Assembly: GCA_965242585.1 (NCBI GenBank)
Contig: OZ251460.1
Location: 3,988,968-4,052,967 of the forward strand
DNA from: Limisphaerales bacterium
GTDB lineage: Bacteria > Verrucomicrobiota > Verrucomicrobiia > Limisphaerales > AAA164-E04
DNA length: 64,000 nt
Direction of reading: 5' to 3'
The notes beneath the pieces were generated by a model. That model did no database searches and was not told the origin of the DNA. It saw only the letters and a list, made by a program, of their open reading frames with translations. The position numbers were made by a program, and so were the translations under genes. Positions 1 through 9,436 of the stretch are shown here, one piece after another (the stretch's first letter is position 1; each line of letters starts with the position of its first letter).

Positions 1-1957
1 GGATGGAGACGGTTTGTTCGACGGGGTCGATTTTTGTGATTTGGCCGATGTCGCCGTTGAAGACTTCTTTGTCGTAGTTGTTTTCAGTTTGGATGACTTT
101 GTCTCCGTGGCGGAATTGCCAGCCGGCACGGTTCACGGTGAGTTGGTTTGGTTGCGAGGGATTGAGGGCGTTTTGGAGTTCGTCGTTGAGGGATCGGGTG
201 CCGAGGCTGCCGCGGTTCATGGGGCAGAGGATTTGGATGTCTCGAATGGGGTCTGCTTGAAATCGTCGGGGAATGCGGTTTTTGACGACGTGAAGGAGGG
301 TGGAGAGGATTTTTTCGGGTTCGTCGCGTTGGATGAGGAAGAAGTCGGAATTGGATGGGGTGGAGGCGAATGCCGGAGTTTGTCCCCGGTTGATTTGGTG
401 GGCGTTGGCGATGATTTGGCTGCCGGCGGATTGGCGGAAGATTTCGGTGAGTCGGACGACGGGAGCAGTTGTGCTGGCGATGAGATCTTGGAGGGCGGAG
501 CCGGGTCCGACGGAGGGCAGTTGGTCGACATCGCCGATCAACAGCAGGTGGCCGTGTTCGGGAAGGGCGCGAAGGAGGCGGTGCATGAGGGGAACGTCTA
601 CCATGGAGCATTCGTCGACGATGAGTAGTTGGGTGTCGAGAGGGCGGGATTCGTTGCGTTGAAATCCGCCGCGTTGGGGATCCATTTCTAAAAGGCGGTG
701 AATGGTTTTTGCCGGTTGGCCGGTGGATTCGGTCATTCGTTTGGCGGCGCGGCCGGTGGGAGCGCAGAGGAGAAAGGGGATTTGTTTGGCGGCGAGGATT
801 TTGAGGAGGGCGCAAAGGAGTGTTGTTTTTCCAACGCCGGGTCCGCCGGTGACGATGACGGCGCGGTGGGTGAGGACGGTGGAGATTGCCTGAATTTGTG
901 CGGGAGCTAGCGTGATTCCGATTTTCTTTTGGCTCCATTCGATGGCTTTGGGAATGTTCATTGGCGGATAACCGGAGGGACGGGCGGCCAAGGCAAGGAA
1001 GCGGTCGGCGATGGTTTGTTCGGCGCGCCGCAAGGCCGGCAGGTAGATGGCGGGTTCTTCCGAGTCGTTTTCCGGTTGGCGGTTCTCCGCTGTTCTGAGG
1101 GCTTTTTGCGTTTCTTCGCTCTCATCGATCTTTGGGCAAAGCAGGAGTTCTTGGGTTTCGAGGCTTTGGCGCAATCCGGCCTGGATGATGGCGTCGTCGA
1201 TTTGCAGGAGTTTTGCCGATTGTTCCAGCAAGAGGTTTTGCGGCAAGCGGCAGTGTCCTTTTGCGGCGGCTTCTCGGAGGAGATGAAGGATTCCGGCGCG
1301 GGCGCGGAGGATGGAATGGGGTGGAATTCCTGTTTTTTGGGCGATTTGGTCTGCGGTTTTGAAGCCGATGCCGCGGATGTCTTGGCAGAGGAGGTAGGGG
1401 TTGGCGCAGATGGTTTCGATGGCTTTGTCGCCGTAGGTTTTGTAGATGCGCACGGCGCGCCCGGTACCGACGCCGTGGGAGTGGAGGAAAATCATAATGT
1501 CGCGGATGAGGCGTTGTTCGTTCCATGACCGGCGAATCTTGTGGCGGCGCATTGGCCCGATGCCGTCGATTTGTTCCAGCAATTTGGATCGGTTTTCGAT
1601 GATGTCGATGATTTGCCTGCCGAAGCGCTTGACCAGTTTTTGGGCATAGGCGGGGCCGATGCCTTTGATTAGACCGCTGCCGAGGTATTTTACCATTCCT
1701 TCGGGCGTGGCTGGCGGGGTTGTTTTGATGGCGTCGGCTCGCAGTTGGAGGCCGTGCTCGCGGTCGCGCACCCAGTTGCCGGAGGCGTGAATCCATTCTC
1801 CGGCGTTAACGGAGGGGAGTTGGCCGACCACGGTCAGGAGTTCTCGCCGTTTGGCGACTTTGACGCGAAGAACGGCAAAGCCGGTTTCTTCGTTAAAGAA
1901 AGAGACTCGCTCAATTAGGCCGGCAAGTTCGTCGCTTGGCTTTTGCTGAGCGTCCAT
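1..1957 (-). CDS. recD2: RecD2-like SF1 DNA helicase; C-terminus lies beyond the left window edge
   Basis: Not in the ORF track because it runs off the edge. My own minus-strand translation starts at the ATG at 1955-1957 and gives MDAQQKPSDELAGLIERVSFFNEETGFAVLRVKV. Later comes Walker A THRAVIVTGGPGVGKTT (about 821-871), then LLIVDECSMVD. It still reads FNGDIGQITKIDPVEQTVSI at base 2. The listed ORFs 14..628, 84..938 and 1122..1796 are other-frame shadows. Confidence 0.85.
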   Translation of the reverse strand, partial: MDAQQKPSDELAGLIERVSFFNEETGFAVLRVKVAKRRELLTVVGQLPSVNAGEWIHASGNWVRDREHGLQLRADAIKTTPPATPEGMVKYLGSGLIKGIGPAYAQKLVKRFGRQIIDIIENRSKLLEQIDGIGPMRRHKIRRSWNEQRLIRDIMIFLHSHGVGTGRAVRIYKTYGDKAIETICANPYLLCQDIRGIGFKTADQIAQKTGIPPHSILRARAGILHLLREAAAKGHCRLPQNLLLEQSAKLLQIDDAIIQAGLRQSLETQELLLCPKIDESEETQKALRTAENRQPENDSEEPAIYLPALRRAEQTIADRFLALAARPSGYPPMNIPKAIEWSQKKIGITLAPAQIQAISTVLTHRAVIVTGGPGVGKTTLLCALLKILAAKQIPFLLCAPTGRAAKRMTESTGQPAKTIHRLLEMDPQRGGFQRNESRPLDTQLLIVDECSMVDVPLMHRLLRALPEHGHLLLIGDVDQLPSVGPGSALQDLIASTTAPVVRLTEIFRQSAGSQIIANAHQINRGQTPAFASTPSNSDFFLIQRDEPEKILSTLLHVVKNRIPRRFQADPIRDIQILCPMNRGSLGTRSLNDELQNALNPSQPNQLTVNRAGWQFRHGDKVIQTENNYDKEVFNGDIGQITKIDPVEQTVSI

Positions 1958-2051
1958 GCGGTAAGAGTCTGTTGCTTGCGCAACGGGTTGGGGGGATGGG
2001 TTGTGGTCGGGGAGGCGTTTTCGCCGGAAGGTTGCCGGCTTGCTTACGAGT

Positions 2052-2243
2052 CTAGGGTTTGCGCGAGCCGCCCCAAAGAAGCCAAAGGCCGAGGGCGAGC
2101 AGAAGGATGAGCCACCAAAGGTAGCGAAGACTCCGAGTTGCTTTTTCGAGAAAGGCCAGGGCGACGGGAAAAAGGAAGAGTAGAAAGGCCGCAAAGGCGA
2201 TCAAAAACAGGAAGCCGAGCAGGGCGCGTTGGCGCGGATTCAT
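2052..2243 (-). CDS. small hydrophobic membrane protein (63 aa)
   Basis: Internal Met of ORF 2052..2351 gives MNPRQRALLGFLFLIAFAAFLLFLFPVALAF...LWLLWGG, with two hydrophobic spans. Its ATG (2241-2243) overlaps the TGA of the upstream SPFH gene (ATGA). Confidence 0.45.
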   Translation of the reverse strand: MNPRQRALLGFLFLIAFAAFLLFLFPVALAFLEKATRSLRYLWWLILLLALGLWLLWGGSRKP

Positions 2244-3112
2244 CGAACCGAAGAGGATGGGGACGGATCTTGGAAAGGGTCGACCGGAATCATCGTCGGG
2301 ACGCCGCCTTCGGATCCGTCGCTGACGACCAATGGCGATTGGCCGTCCCATTTTTCGACAATCTGAAGGTCGATGAAGGTGGGATTTTGACGCAGGGCTT
2401 CGCCGCGCAAGCGAATGGATTCCGCTTCGCCTTCGGCTTTGATGATTGCGGTGTCGGCTTCGATTCTGGCTTGGTCTTGGACAAATTTCGCTCTCTTGGC
2501 TTCTTGTTCTTGAATCATCTTTTGCTCAATGGCGATAGAGAGTTCCGGGGACAGTCCGATGCCTTGGAGCGTGATGTCGACAATGGAGATTAGCGCCGCA
2601 TCTTGGGAGGTTTTGCCCAGTTTCTTCCGCGCGCTTTCCAGGGTTCTGTCTTTAACCGTTTCTCGTTTTTGAACGATTAATTCTGAGTTTTCGGTGGCTA
2701 CGGCTTCTTTGAGGGCTTCGGTGACGCGGGGGAGAATCAGGTTTTGAAAGTAGGCGGCTTGGAGGCGGTCGTCGCTTTGATAGTTTCTCCAAAGTTCGAC
2801 AATGGCGGCTTCGGGAATTTTGTAGAGAACGCGAAGTTCGGCGTTCACCTGCTGTAGATCGGAAGTGTAGCATTCCGTGGTCATTTGTTGCGTCTGCTGT
2901 TTGATGCTGATTGGGTGAATTTGGGTGACGAGAGGAAGTTTGAAGGTAGGGCCTTCGGAAACGAAGACGTCCGAAACTTTGCCGAGGGTGACGCGCACGC
3001 CGCGGTTGCCGGGTTCGACGATGTAGATGGATTGCGAGCCGACAAGGACGAGGACGAAGACGACGATGCCGGCGCCGATAAGTTTTTGCATTGTTTGAGG
3101 ATTCATGCGCAA
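2240..3112 (-). CDS. SPFH/Band 7 (prohibitin/HflC-like) membrane protein
   Basis: 290 aa. N-terminal TM (GAGIVVFVLVLVG), then an SPFH-like core (VEPGNRGVRVTLGKV...LRVLYKI) and a coiled-coil tail (EQKMIQEQEAKRAKF...AEGEAESIRLRGEAL). Confidence 0.85.
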   Translation of the reverse strand: MRMNPQTMQKLIGAGIVVFVLVLVGSQSIYIVEPGNRGVRVTLGKVSDVFVSEGPTFKLPLVTQIHPISIKQQTQQMTTECYTSDLQQVNAELRVLYKIPEAAIVELWRNYQSDDRLQAAYFQNLILPRVTEALKEAVATENSELIVQKRETVKDRTLESARKKLGKTSQDAALISIVDITLQGIGLSPELSIAIEQKMIQEQEAKRAKFVQDQARIEADTAIIKAEGEAESIRLRGEALRQNPTFIDLQIVEKWDGQSPLVVSDGSEGGVPTMIPVDPFQDPSPSSSVR

Positions 3113-3166
3113 TAGAAAATTTTAGATTTTTTTGACCGTGTTTTGCTTGGGCGGAGCGATATTCGA

Positions 3167-3997
3167 TTATTGTTGTTGGACGTCGGCCGGCGGAGTTGGC
3201 TTGCTGACGGGCAAAAGTAAGCCGGCGCCTTTTTGTCCGCCGCTGATGACGCGCGGCGTGCGTCCGTCCCAGGTGTCGACAATTTGCAAATCAATGAAGG
3301 CGGGGTTTTCGGCCAAGGCCTTGCCGCGGATGCGAATGGACTCGGCCTCGCCTTTGGCTTGAATAATCGCGGTTTCGGCGGCAACGCGGGCCTTGTCCTG
3401 TTCAAATTTCGCTTTGTCGGCATTTTGTTTCTGTACCATTTTTTGTTCGATGGAGTTTTCCAGCTGTTCGGAGAGCGAGATGTCTTCCAGCACCAAATCG
3501 GCAATGTGAATCAGGTCGCCGACTTTTTTCCGCGCAATGTCCAAAGAGGCAATTTTTACCTGATTGCGTTCCTTGACGGTATTCTCGGCCGTTCGTTCTT
3601 TGGCGACTTCTTTTAAGGCTTCGTCCACTCGGGGATAGACCAGGGAGTTGAATGGATCGCCTTTATACTGCTGAAAAATCTCGACTACCGATTCTTCCGG
3701 GATGCGATACAGCACGGCGACCGTCACTTTGATTTCCTGAAGATTCTCGGAAATGCAGATGGTTTCCCGCTGCACCGTCTTTTGGCGCACGTTGAGAAGC
3801 TGAATCGAGCTGACAAAGGGCGGTTTAAACCCGATGCCCTCTTCTTTGAAGTTCGGCGACACTTTGCCCATAGTGACCTGCACGCCGCGATAGCCCGGCG
3901 GAACGATGTAGGTGACTTGGGCCCCGAGGATCGCAAGGACGAAAACGGCCACTCCGACGATGACCAACTTGTTGTTTATCTGAACGTCTGCCGGCAT
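3167..3997 (-). CDS. SPFH/Band 7 (prohibitin/HflC-like) membrane protein, tandem paralog
   Basis: 276 aa with the same architecture as 2240..3112 (VPPGYRGVQVTMGKV...IEQKMVQKQNADKAKFEQD...AKGEAESIRIRGKAL). Confidence 0.85.
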   Translation of the reverse strand: MPADVQINNKLVIVGVAVFVLAILGAQVTYIVPPGYRGVQVTMGKVSPNFKEEGIGFKPPFVSSIQLLNVRQKTVQRETICISENLQEIKVTVAVLYRIPEESVVEIFQQYKGDPFNSLVYPRVDEALKEVAKERTAENTVKERNQVKIASLDIARKKVGDLIHIADLVLEDISLSEQLENSIEQKMVQKQNADKAKFEQDKARVAAETAIIQAKGEAESIRIRGKALAENPAFIDLQIVDTWDGRTPRVISGGQKGAGLLLPVSKPTPPADVQQQ

Positions 3998-4470
3998 AAA
4001 TCAATAGATGCGATGTCAAATTTCGATTAGGAAAATACACAACAAGGTTTTAGTCAAGGATTTTTTCCAGATATTTTTTCCGCTTTGATTTTGAATTCAT
4101 TAAAATAGCGAGATCGAGGTACGAGTTGCGCTCCATAAAGTTCTCCCTTTGGACTCTCGTTCGAAAGAGTTCGAATCCGGGCAAACTCAAATTTAATCTT
4201 GGCAGAGAAAAGTTCCTTCGCTTAGATGAGGCCGCTCCGGGCCGGAGAAAGCGGCGTAGCGAGCGCCTAAAATTCCCGCGGAGCGTTATAATCGCCAACG
4301 GAGACAAAAACACAACGCCGACGAAACCAAATCGTTACAACTCAGCCGCTTGCAAAGAAGACAGCATTGTTGCGAGAAATGGACGACGAGAAACCAATCA
4401 TGCCTAGATCAAGGACAGACTCGCTTGCCTCTTGAAAGACGTTCCGAATTTGAACAAACATCGTTGCGTT

Positions 4471-5646
4471 ATGGGAAACGTGATCATCGTCGGAGCCGGC
4501 GGCGTAGGGCGAGCGGCGGCGCACAAATGCGCACAACATCGGAATGTCTTTGCCGAAATTTGCCTCGCTAGCCGGAGTATCGAGAAGTGCGAGACGATTG
4601 CGCGGGAAATCGCCGGCGGAATTCACACTGCCGAAGTAGACGCCGACCGGGTTTCCGATTTGGTTCAGTTAATTCGCCGCCGCAACGCCCGGTTAGTACT
4701 CAACGTGGCGTCGCCTTATCAAAACCTCGCCGTCATGGAAGCCTGCGCGCAAACGGGCACTCACTACGTCGACACCTCTATGGATGATGAACGCGGTCGG
4801 ATCAAATACGACTACGCCGATCAGCGAGCCTTTCACCAACGTTTTCAGGCGGCGGGCGCCACGGCCGTGCTAAGCATCGGATTCGATCCGGGCGCCGTAA
4901 ACGTCTTCTGCGCCCACGCTCAAAAGCACCTCTTTGACTCCATCGAAGCAATTGACATCATTGATTGCAACGCCGGAGATCACGGCTACGCCTTCGCCAC
5001 CAATTTCGATCCCGAAACGAATATCCGCGAAATTTTAGCGCCCGCCATCGCCTTTGAAGAAGGAGAATTCAAGACAAGCAAAGCGCTGGAAACCCGCCGG
5101 CAGTTTGACTTTCCCGGCATCGGCCGGCGCGAAGCCTGTTTGATGGCGCACGAAGAAGTGTTGTCCATCGCCAAATTCATCCCCGGCGTGCGCGACGTGC
5201 GGTTTTGGATGGCCTTTTCCGAGCAATATCTCCGACATCTTCGCGTCTTGGAAAACGTCGGAATGACCTCGATTCGTCCCGTCCTTTACAAAGGCCGTGA
5301 GATTGTGCCGCTCCAGTTCCTCAAACGACTCTTGCCGGACCCAGCGGCGCTAGCCCCTCGCACCAAGGGAAAGACTTGCATCGGATGCCTGTTTGAAGGC
5401 CGCAAGAAGGGGCGGCCGCGAAAAACGCTGGTCTACAACATCTGCCAACACGAAGCCTGTTACGCCGAAGCCCGGTCGCAAGCAGTCTCTTATACAACCG
5501 GCGTTCCCGCTACGCTGGCGGCGCGGTTGATTCTCTCCGGAGAATGGGCGTTGCCCGGCGTGTTCCACCCCGAACAGTTGGACCCGGACCCGTTTATGAA
5601 TCAAATGGGCGCAATGGGGCTGCCTTGGCAAATTCGGGAGTATTAG
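4471..5646 (+). CDS. carboxynorspermidine/carboxyspermidine dehydrogenase (saccharopine dehydrogenase family)
   Basis: Starts at the internal ATG: MGNVIIVGAGGVGRAAAHKCAQ (Rossmann GxGxxG). Later motifs are SIGFDPGAVNVFCAHAQK, ATNFDPETNIREI and SYTTGVPA. It ends 1 nt before nspC. Confidence 0.8.
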   Translation: MGNVIIVGAGGVGRAAAHKCAQHRNVFAEICLASRSIEKCETIAREIAGGIHTAEVDADRVSDLVQLIRRRNARLVLNVASPYQNLAVMEACAQTGTHYVDTSMDDERGRIKYDYADQRAFHQRFQAAGATAVLSIGFDPGAVNVFCAHAQKHLFDSIEAIDIIDCNAGDHGYAFATNFDPETNIREILAPAIAFEEGEFKTSKALETRRQFDFPGIGRREACLMAHEEVLSIAKFIPGVRDVRFWMAFSEQYLRHLRVLENVGMTSIRPVLYKGREIVPLQFLKRLLPDPAALAPRTKGKTCIGCLFEGRKKGRPRKTLVYNICQHEACYAEARSQAVSYTTGVPATLAARLILSGEWALPGVFHPEQLDPDPFMNQMGAMGLPWQIREY

Positions 5647-5647
5647 C

Positions 5648-6781
5648 ATGAACTATCGTGACTTGCCATCGCCCTGCTACGTAGTGGACGAAGCGGCTCT
5701 TCGAAGGAATCTTTCCATTCTGAAGTCCGTTCAAGAGCGTACCGGCGCCAAGATACTGCTTGCCCTAAAAGGCTTTGCCATGCATCGCGTGTTTCCCTTC
5801 CTCAAAACAGTGCTGGACGGAACGGCGGCCAGTTCGGTGAATGAGGCCAAACTCGGCCGAGAACTCTTCGGCGGTGAATTACACGTTTGCTCGCCGGCCT
5901 ACAGCGATACCGACCTTGACGAACTGTTGCCTTTGGTGGATCATTTAATTTTCAACTCCGTTCCCCAACTGCTTCGCTATCAAGACCGTGCCGCCTCCTT
6001 CTCTGAGCGGAAAGTGTCGATCGGCCTCCGCATCAATCCTGAATATTCCGAAGTGAAAACGCCCCTCTACAACCCTTGTTGCCAAGGTTCCCGATTAGGC
6101 GTTCGCCGCGACCAACTGAACGACGTCAATCTCAATCAAGTCGAAGGATTTCACTTTCACACAATGTGCGAGCAAAACTCCGACACATTAGAACGCACCA
6201 TTCAAGTCGTGGAAAAAAACTTTTCAGAGTTTTTCAGCGGGCTGCGATGGTTCAATTTCGGAGGAGGCCACCATATTTCTCGCGCAGACTATGACTTAGA
6301 TCAATTGTGCCGGGTAATTAAAACCTTTCAATCACGGCACGGTTTGCAAGTGTATCTCGAACCGGGAGAAGCAATTGCCTTGAACGCCGGCATATTAGTA
6401 GGAAGTGTTCTAGATATAGTGGACGACAAAATTCCCAATGTAATTCTGGACGTCTCCGCAACCGCGCATATGCCGGATGTTTTGGAAATGCCATACCGAC
6501 CGGAAATCCGAAGCGCCGGTCTGCCGGGAAAGAAAGCTTACACCTACCAACTCGGAGGCTTAACTTGCTTGGCTGGAGATCAGATGGGAGAGTATTCTTT
6601 CGACGCAACGTTGAAACTCGGCGACCGCCTCATCTTTGAAGACATGGCGCACTATACAATGGTCAAGAATACAATGTTCAACGGAGTACGCCTGCCGGCC
6701 ATTGTTTTGCGCCGGGCATCGGGAGATTTTGAAGTTATCCGAAAATTCAACTATGAAGACTATCGCAACCGCCTGTCGTAG
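5648..6781 (+). CDS. nspC: carboxynorspermidine decarboxylase
   Basis: 377 aa. MNYRDLPSPCYVVDEAALRRNL...LLALKGF...GLRINPEYSEV...CCQGSRLGV...FHFHTMCEQ, a group IV PLP decarboxylase/NspC-like pattern. Confidence 0.85.
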   Translation: MNYRDLPSPCYVVDEAALRRNLSILKSVQERTGAKILLALKGFAMHRVFPFLKTVLDGTAASSVNEAKLGRELFGGELHVCSPAYSDTDLDELLPLVDHLIFNSVPQLLRYQDRAASFSERKVSIGLRINPEYSEVKTPLYNPCCQGSRLGVRRDQLNDVNLNQVEGFHFHTMCEQNSDTLERTIQVVEKNFSEFFSGLRWFNFGGGHHISRADYDLDQLCRVIKTFQSRHGLQVYLEPGEAIALNAGILVGSVLDIVDDKIPNVILDVSATAHMPDVLEMPYRPEIRSAGLPGKKAYTYQLGGLTCLAGDQMGEYSFDATLKLGDRLIFEDMAHYTMVKNTMFNGVRLPAIVLRRASGDFEVIRKFNYEDYRNRLS

Positions 6782-6877
6782 CCGCCTCAGAAAGACAGAG
6801 TAAATACACAACACATTCTCAATCGCAACGGACCATAAGCGATAGACACGCGCATCCAGAAATGAACAAGCCCAAAA

Positions 6878-8191
6878 ATGATGAGTAAAAAAGTTCTGAT
6901 CATAGGAGCGGGAGGCGTCGGCCGAGTCGTCGCCCACAAGTGTGCACAAGCGCCAGCCGTCTTTGACGCGATCTGTCTAGCAAGCAGGCGAATCGAAAAA
7001 TGCGACACTATCGCCAAAGAACTCTCCATTCCAATCCAAACCGCGCAAGTGGACGCCGATAATCCGCTGGAATTAGTTCGGTTAATAAAGTGCTTTCGGC
7101 CCGACTTAGTTATCAACGTAGCCTTGCCTTACCAAGACCTCGCTATCATGGACGCCTGCTTGGAAACGGGCGTTCACTACGTCGATACCGCCAACTACGA
7201 ACCGAGAAACCTCGCCAAGTTTGAATACCATTGGCAGTGGGCATACCATAAGCGCTTCGAAGAACGCGGCATCACGGCACTGCTAGGTTCCGGCTTTGAC
7301 CCCGGAGTCACCAACGTCTTCTGCGCCTACGCGCAAAAACATCTCTTCAATCGCATTGACACCATCGATATTCTAGATTGTAATGATGGAGATCACGGGC
7401 ATCCTTTCGCCACTAACTTTAACCCTGAAATTAACATCCGCGAAATTACCGCCAACGGCCGCTATTGGGAGAAAGGAGAATGGCGGGAAACGGCGCCGCT
7501 CGCTGAATCGCTGAACTTTGATTTTCCCGGAATCGGCGTCCGCAAAGCTTACCTTATGTACCACGAAGAATTGGAATCCCTTTGCCTCAATATCCCCAAT
7601 GTGCGGCGAATTCGGTTCTGGATGACTTTTAGCGAATCCTATCTAACGCACCTAAAAGCCCTAGAAAACGTGGGGCTGACGCGCATTGATCCGATTGACT
7701 TTAACGGTCAACCCGTAGTGCCGCTTCAGTTTCTCAAAACCCTTCTTCCTGATCCGGGAGGCCTTGGTCCATACACAAAAGGCCAAACTTGCATCGGCTG
7801 TCTTATCGAAGGTGAACCTAAAACTTCTACAAACACGGAACCAAAAACGCCGCAAGAAACTAAAAAATCGATTGAATCAAAGGAACTTGAAGAGCGTTTA
7901 AGGCGGAAAGAAACTGACAACTGCCGGCGAAAACAAGTATTCATTTACAATAACTGCGATCACCAAGCCTGCTTTCGCGAAGTTGGCTCGCAAGCCGTGT
8001 CCTATACCACCGGCGTGCCGGCGATGATTGGCGCTAAAATGATTCTGGAAGGCCATTGGAACCGCTCCGGCGTCTTCAATATTGAACAATTCGATCCCGA
8101 TCCTTTCATGGCCGATCTTGAAAAATACAGCCTTCCATGGCATGTTAAAGAAATCGATATCGCACCTACTTCCGCGAATTCCCTTTCTTAA
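6878..8191 (+). CDS. second carboxy(nor)spermidine dehydrogenase-family paralog with a charged insertion
   Basis: 437 aa and collinear with 4471..5646 (KKVLIIGAGGVGRVVAHKCAQ, GSGFDPGVTNVFCAYAQK, ATNFNPEINIREI, SYTTGVPA). It carries about 33 extra residues at about 7810-7935 (EPKTSTNTEPKTPQETKKSIESKELEERLRRKETDNC). Confidence 0.8.
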   Translation: MMSKKVLIIGAGGVGRVVAHKCAQAPAVFDAICLASRRIEKCDTIAKELSIPIQTAQVDADNPLELVRLIKCFRPDLVINVALPYQDLAIMDACLETGVHYVDTANYEPRNLAKFEYHWQWAYHKRFEERGITALLGSGFDPGVTNVFCAYAQKHLFNRIDTIDILDCNDGDHGHPFATNFNPEINIREITANGRYWEKGEWRETAPLAESLNFDFPGIGVRKAYLMYHEELESLCLNIPNVRRIRFWMTFSESYLTHLKALENVGLTRIDPIDFNGQPVVPLQFLKTLLPDPGGLGPYTKGQTCIGCLIEGEPKTSTNTEPKTPQETKKSIESKELEERLRRKETDNCRRKQVFIYNNCDHQACFREVGSQAVSYTTGVPAMIGAKMILEGHWNRSGVFNIEQFDPDPFMADLEKYSLPWHVKEIDIAPTSANSLS

Positions 8192-8378
8192 AACATTATG
8201 CAAAGAATAGAATCAGTTGTTATTTTTCCCAGCAGTGGATGAAGGAAACATGGGATTCTCCTCACCAACTCCATAGTTTACAAACTCTAAAGAGGCAAAC
8301 ATTCGAGCCTGATTGCTTCTTATAGCAACCTTGCCGAGGATCAAATTAAACAAATTAGAAAAAGGTAGGTATTGAGAT

Positions 8379-8981
8379 TTACCAACTAACCGCACTTTTA
8401 GTCCCTGCTTTAACAATGACTACTTCATCTTCCCAAATTGCCAAGCCATCTTTGTTGGTTAACGACATTTGAAAGGTATAGCTCACTTGCCGCGTTCGGT
8501 TTTCTCTGGCATAGTCTTCGATGATTTTTGCGGTTAGCGTATAGTCGGGAAGAGGAGCGCCTTGGGTTTCTCCAGTGAATTCTCGATATTGTTGAGTTTG
8601 TTCGGCCAAGGGATCTTCGGCACCTCCGTATGCCAGGGTTGTCGTTGTGAGAACTTCGCCGGTTCGATTTAGTTCCACTCGTATTTTTTTGATTAATAAA
8701 TCCATGTCGACGTGTTGGGCGGTGTTATTGACAATTCTACTGATAGCGAGGATTGCGGGTTTGTTTGGGTCCGATCGTTGCAAGCGTCCTTGTGCAATGA
8801 CTTGTTCAATCAGGGATTGAGTCAGGGATTGGGCTGCATTGGCAAAATCCTGGATATTAATTTTTCCAAGACTGACGACGAGAGAGCCTCGTTGAGGATC
8901 GACGTATCTGTTCTTTCCGGTGCATCCCACGATAAATAGTTGGACGGTCAATGCCAAGACAAAGTATTTTTTCGAGTTCAT
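8379..8981 (-). CDS. LpoB-like (COG3417) outer-membrane lipoprotein
   Basis: 200 aa with a lipobox FIVGC. ILAISRIVNNT...DYTLTAKIIEDY...QMSLTNKDGLAIWEDE resembles the E. coli LpoB C-domain pattern (recalled from memory). Confidence 0.6.
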   Translation of the reverse strand: MNSKKYFVLALTVQLFIVGCTGKNRYVDPQRGSLVVSLGKINIQDFANAAQSLTQSLIEQVIAQGRLQRSDPNKPAILAISRIVNNTAQHVDMDLLIKKIRVELNRTGEVLTTTTLAYGGAEDPLAEQTQQYREFTGETQGAPLPDYTLTAKIIEDYARENRTRQVSYTFQMSLTNKDGLAIWEDEVVIVKAGTKSAVSW

Positions 8982-9016
8982 AGTATTATACTACTGTTTT
9001 TGGGAACGATGTTGCG

Positions 9017-9436
9017 TTAATTTCTAGCCCGAATGAGCTTAAGTTTAAAGTCTTTTGCTGTGCGAGTGGGGGAGATTGACGTTAGGAAAATTGTCTCGCC
9101 GCCGAGGATTTCCCTCATTTGAAATCGCGACGAAGTTGACGGTGCAAGGTTACCGTGCGCGTCAAACCACTCGAACAAATACTCCAATTGTTTCGCTTTT
9201 TTAGTTGCGTTTCGAATCTCGACTTGAACTTTTACAAATCCGTCAAGAGTGATGGTTTCATTCACGCTTAGGATTTGGGCGCGAACATTCAATATCGGAT
9301 CCGTAATCACCTGCTTGTCGGCAATAATTGAGCGATTTGCCGCAAGTTGTTCGGGTTCGACTGTATTGACGGTGGCACATCCGGATGAAACCACTAAAAC
9401 ACAGAGAACGAGGAATCGGATAGAGTTTGCGATCAT
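9017..9436 (-). CDS. YcfL-like (DUF1425) lipoprotein
   Basis: Internal Met of ORF 9017..9625: MIANSIRFLVLCVLVVSSGC (lipobox). VQVEIRNATKKAKQLEYLFEWFDAHGNL matches the YcfL Y-x-F-x-W-x-D-x-x-G signature. Its ATG overlaps the upstream TGA (ATGA at 9433-9436). Confidence 0.6.
   Translation of the reverse strand: MIANSIRFLVLCVLVVSSGCATVNTVEPEQLAANRSIIADKQVITDPILNVRAQILSVNETITLDGFVKVQVEIRNATKKAKQLEYLFEWFDAHGNLAPSTSSRFQMREILGGETIFLTSISPTRTAKDFKLKLIRARN

Noticed and set aside
14-1796. Track ORFs 14..628(+), 84..938(-), 929..1528(+) and 1122..1796(-) as genes.
   Set aside because: Their products are low-complexity and P/R- or G/V/D-rich. They overlap the minus-strand frame, which translates cleanly into a RecD2-like helicase with Walker A/B motifs. 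They are shadow frames of that gene.
4100-4410. A possible tmRNA or tRNA-like gene, suggested by gagttcgaatccgggc (about 4167-4182) and a tag-like reading ANGDKNTTPTKPNRYNSAA (about 4294-4350).
   Set aside because: The bases flanking TTCGAAT (aagag and ccggg) are not complementary, so there is no T-arm. There is no GGGG 5' end and no CCA 3' end. No stop follows the ...SAA reading. I also found no RNase P (GGAAAGTCCGGGC) or SRP helix-8 consensus.
8213-8416. The 67-aa minus-strand ORF downstream of the polyamine cluster.
   Set aside because: It overlaps the 3' end of the LpoB-like gene in another frame and has no recognisable features.
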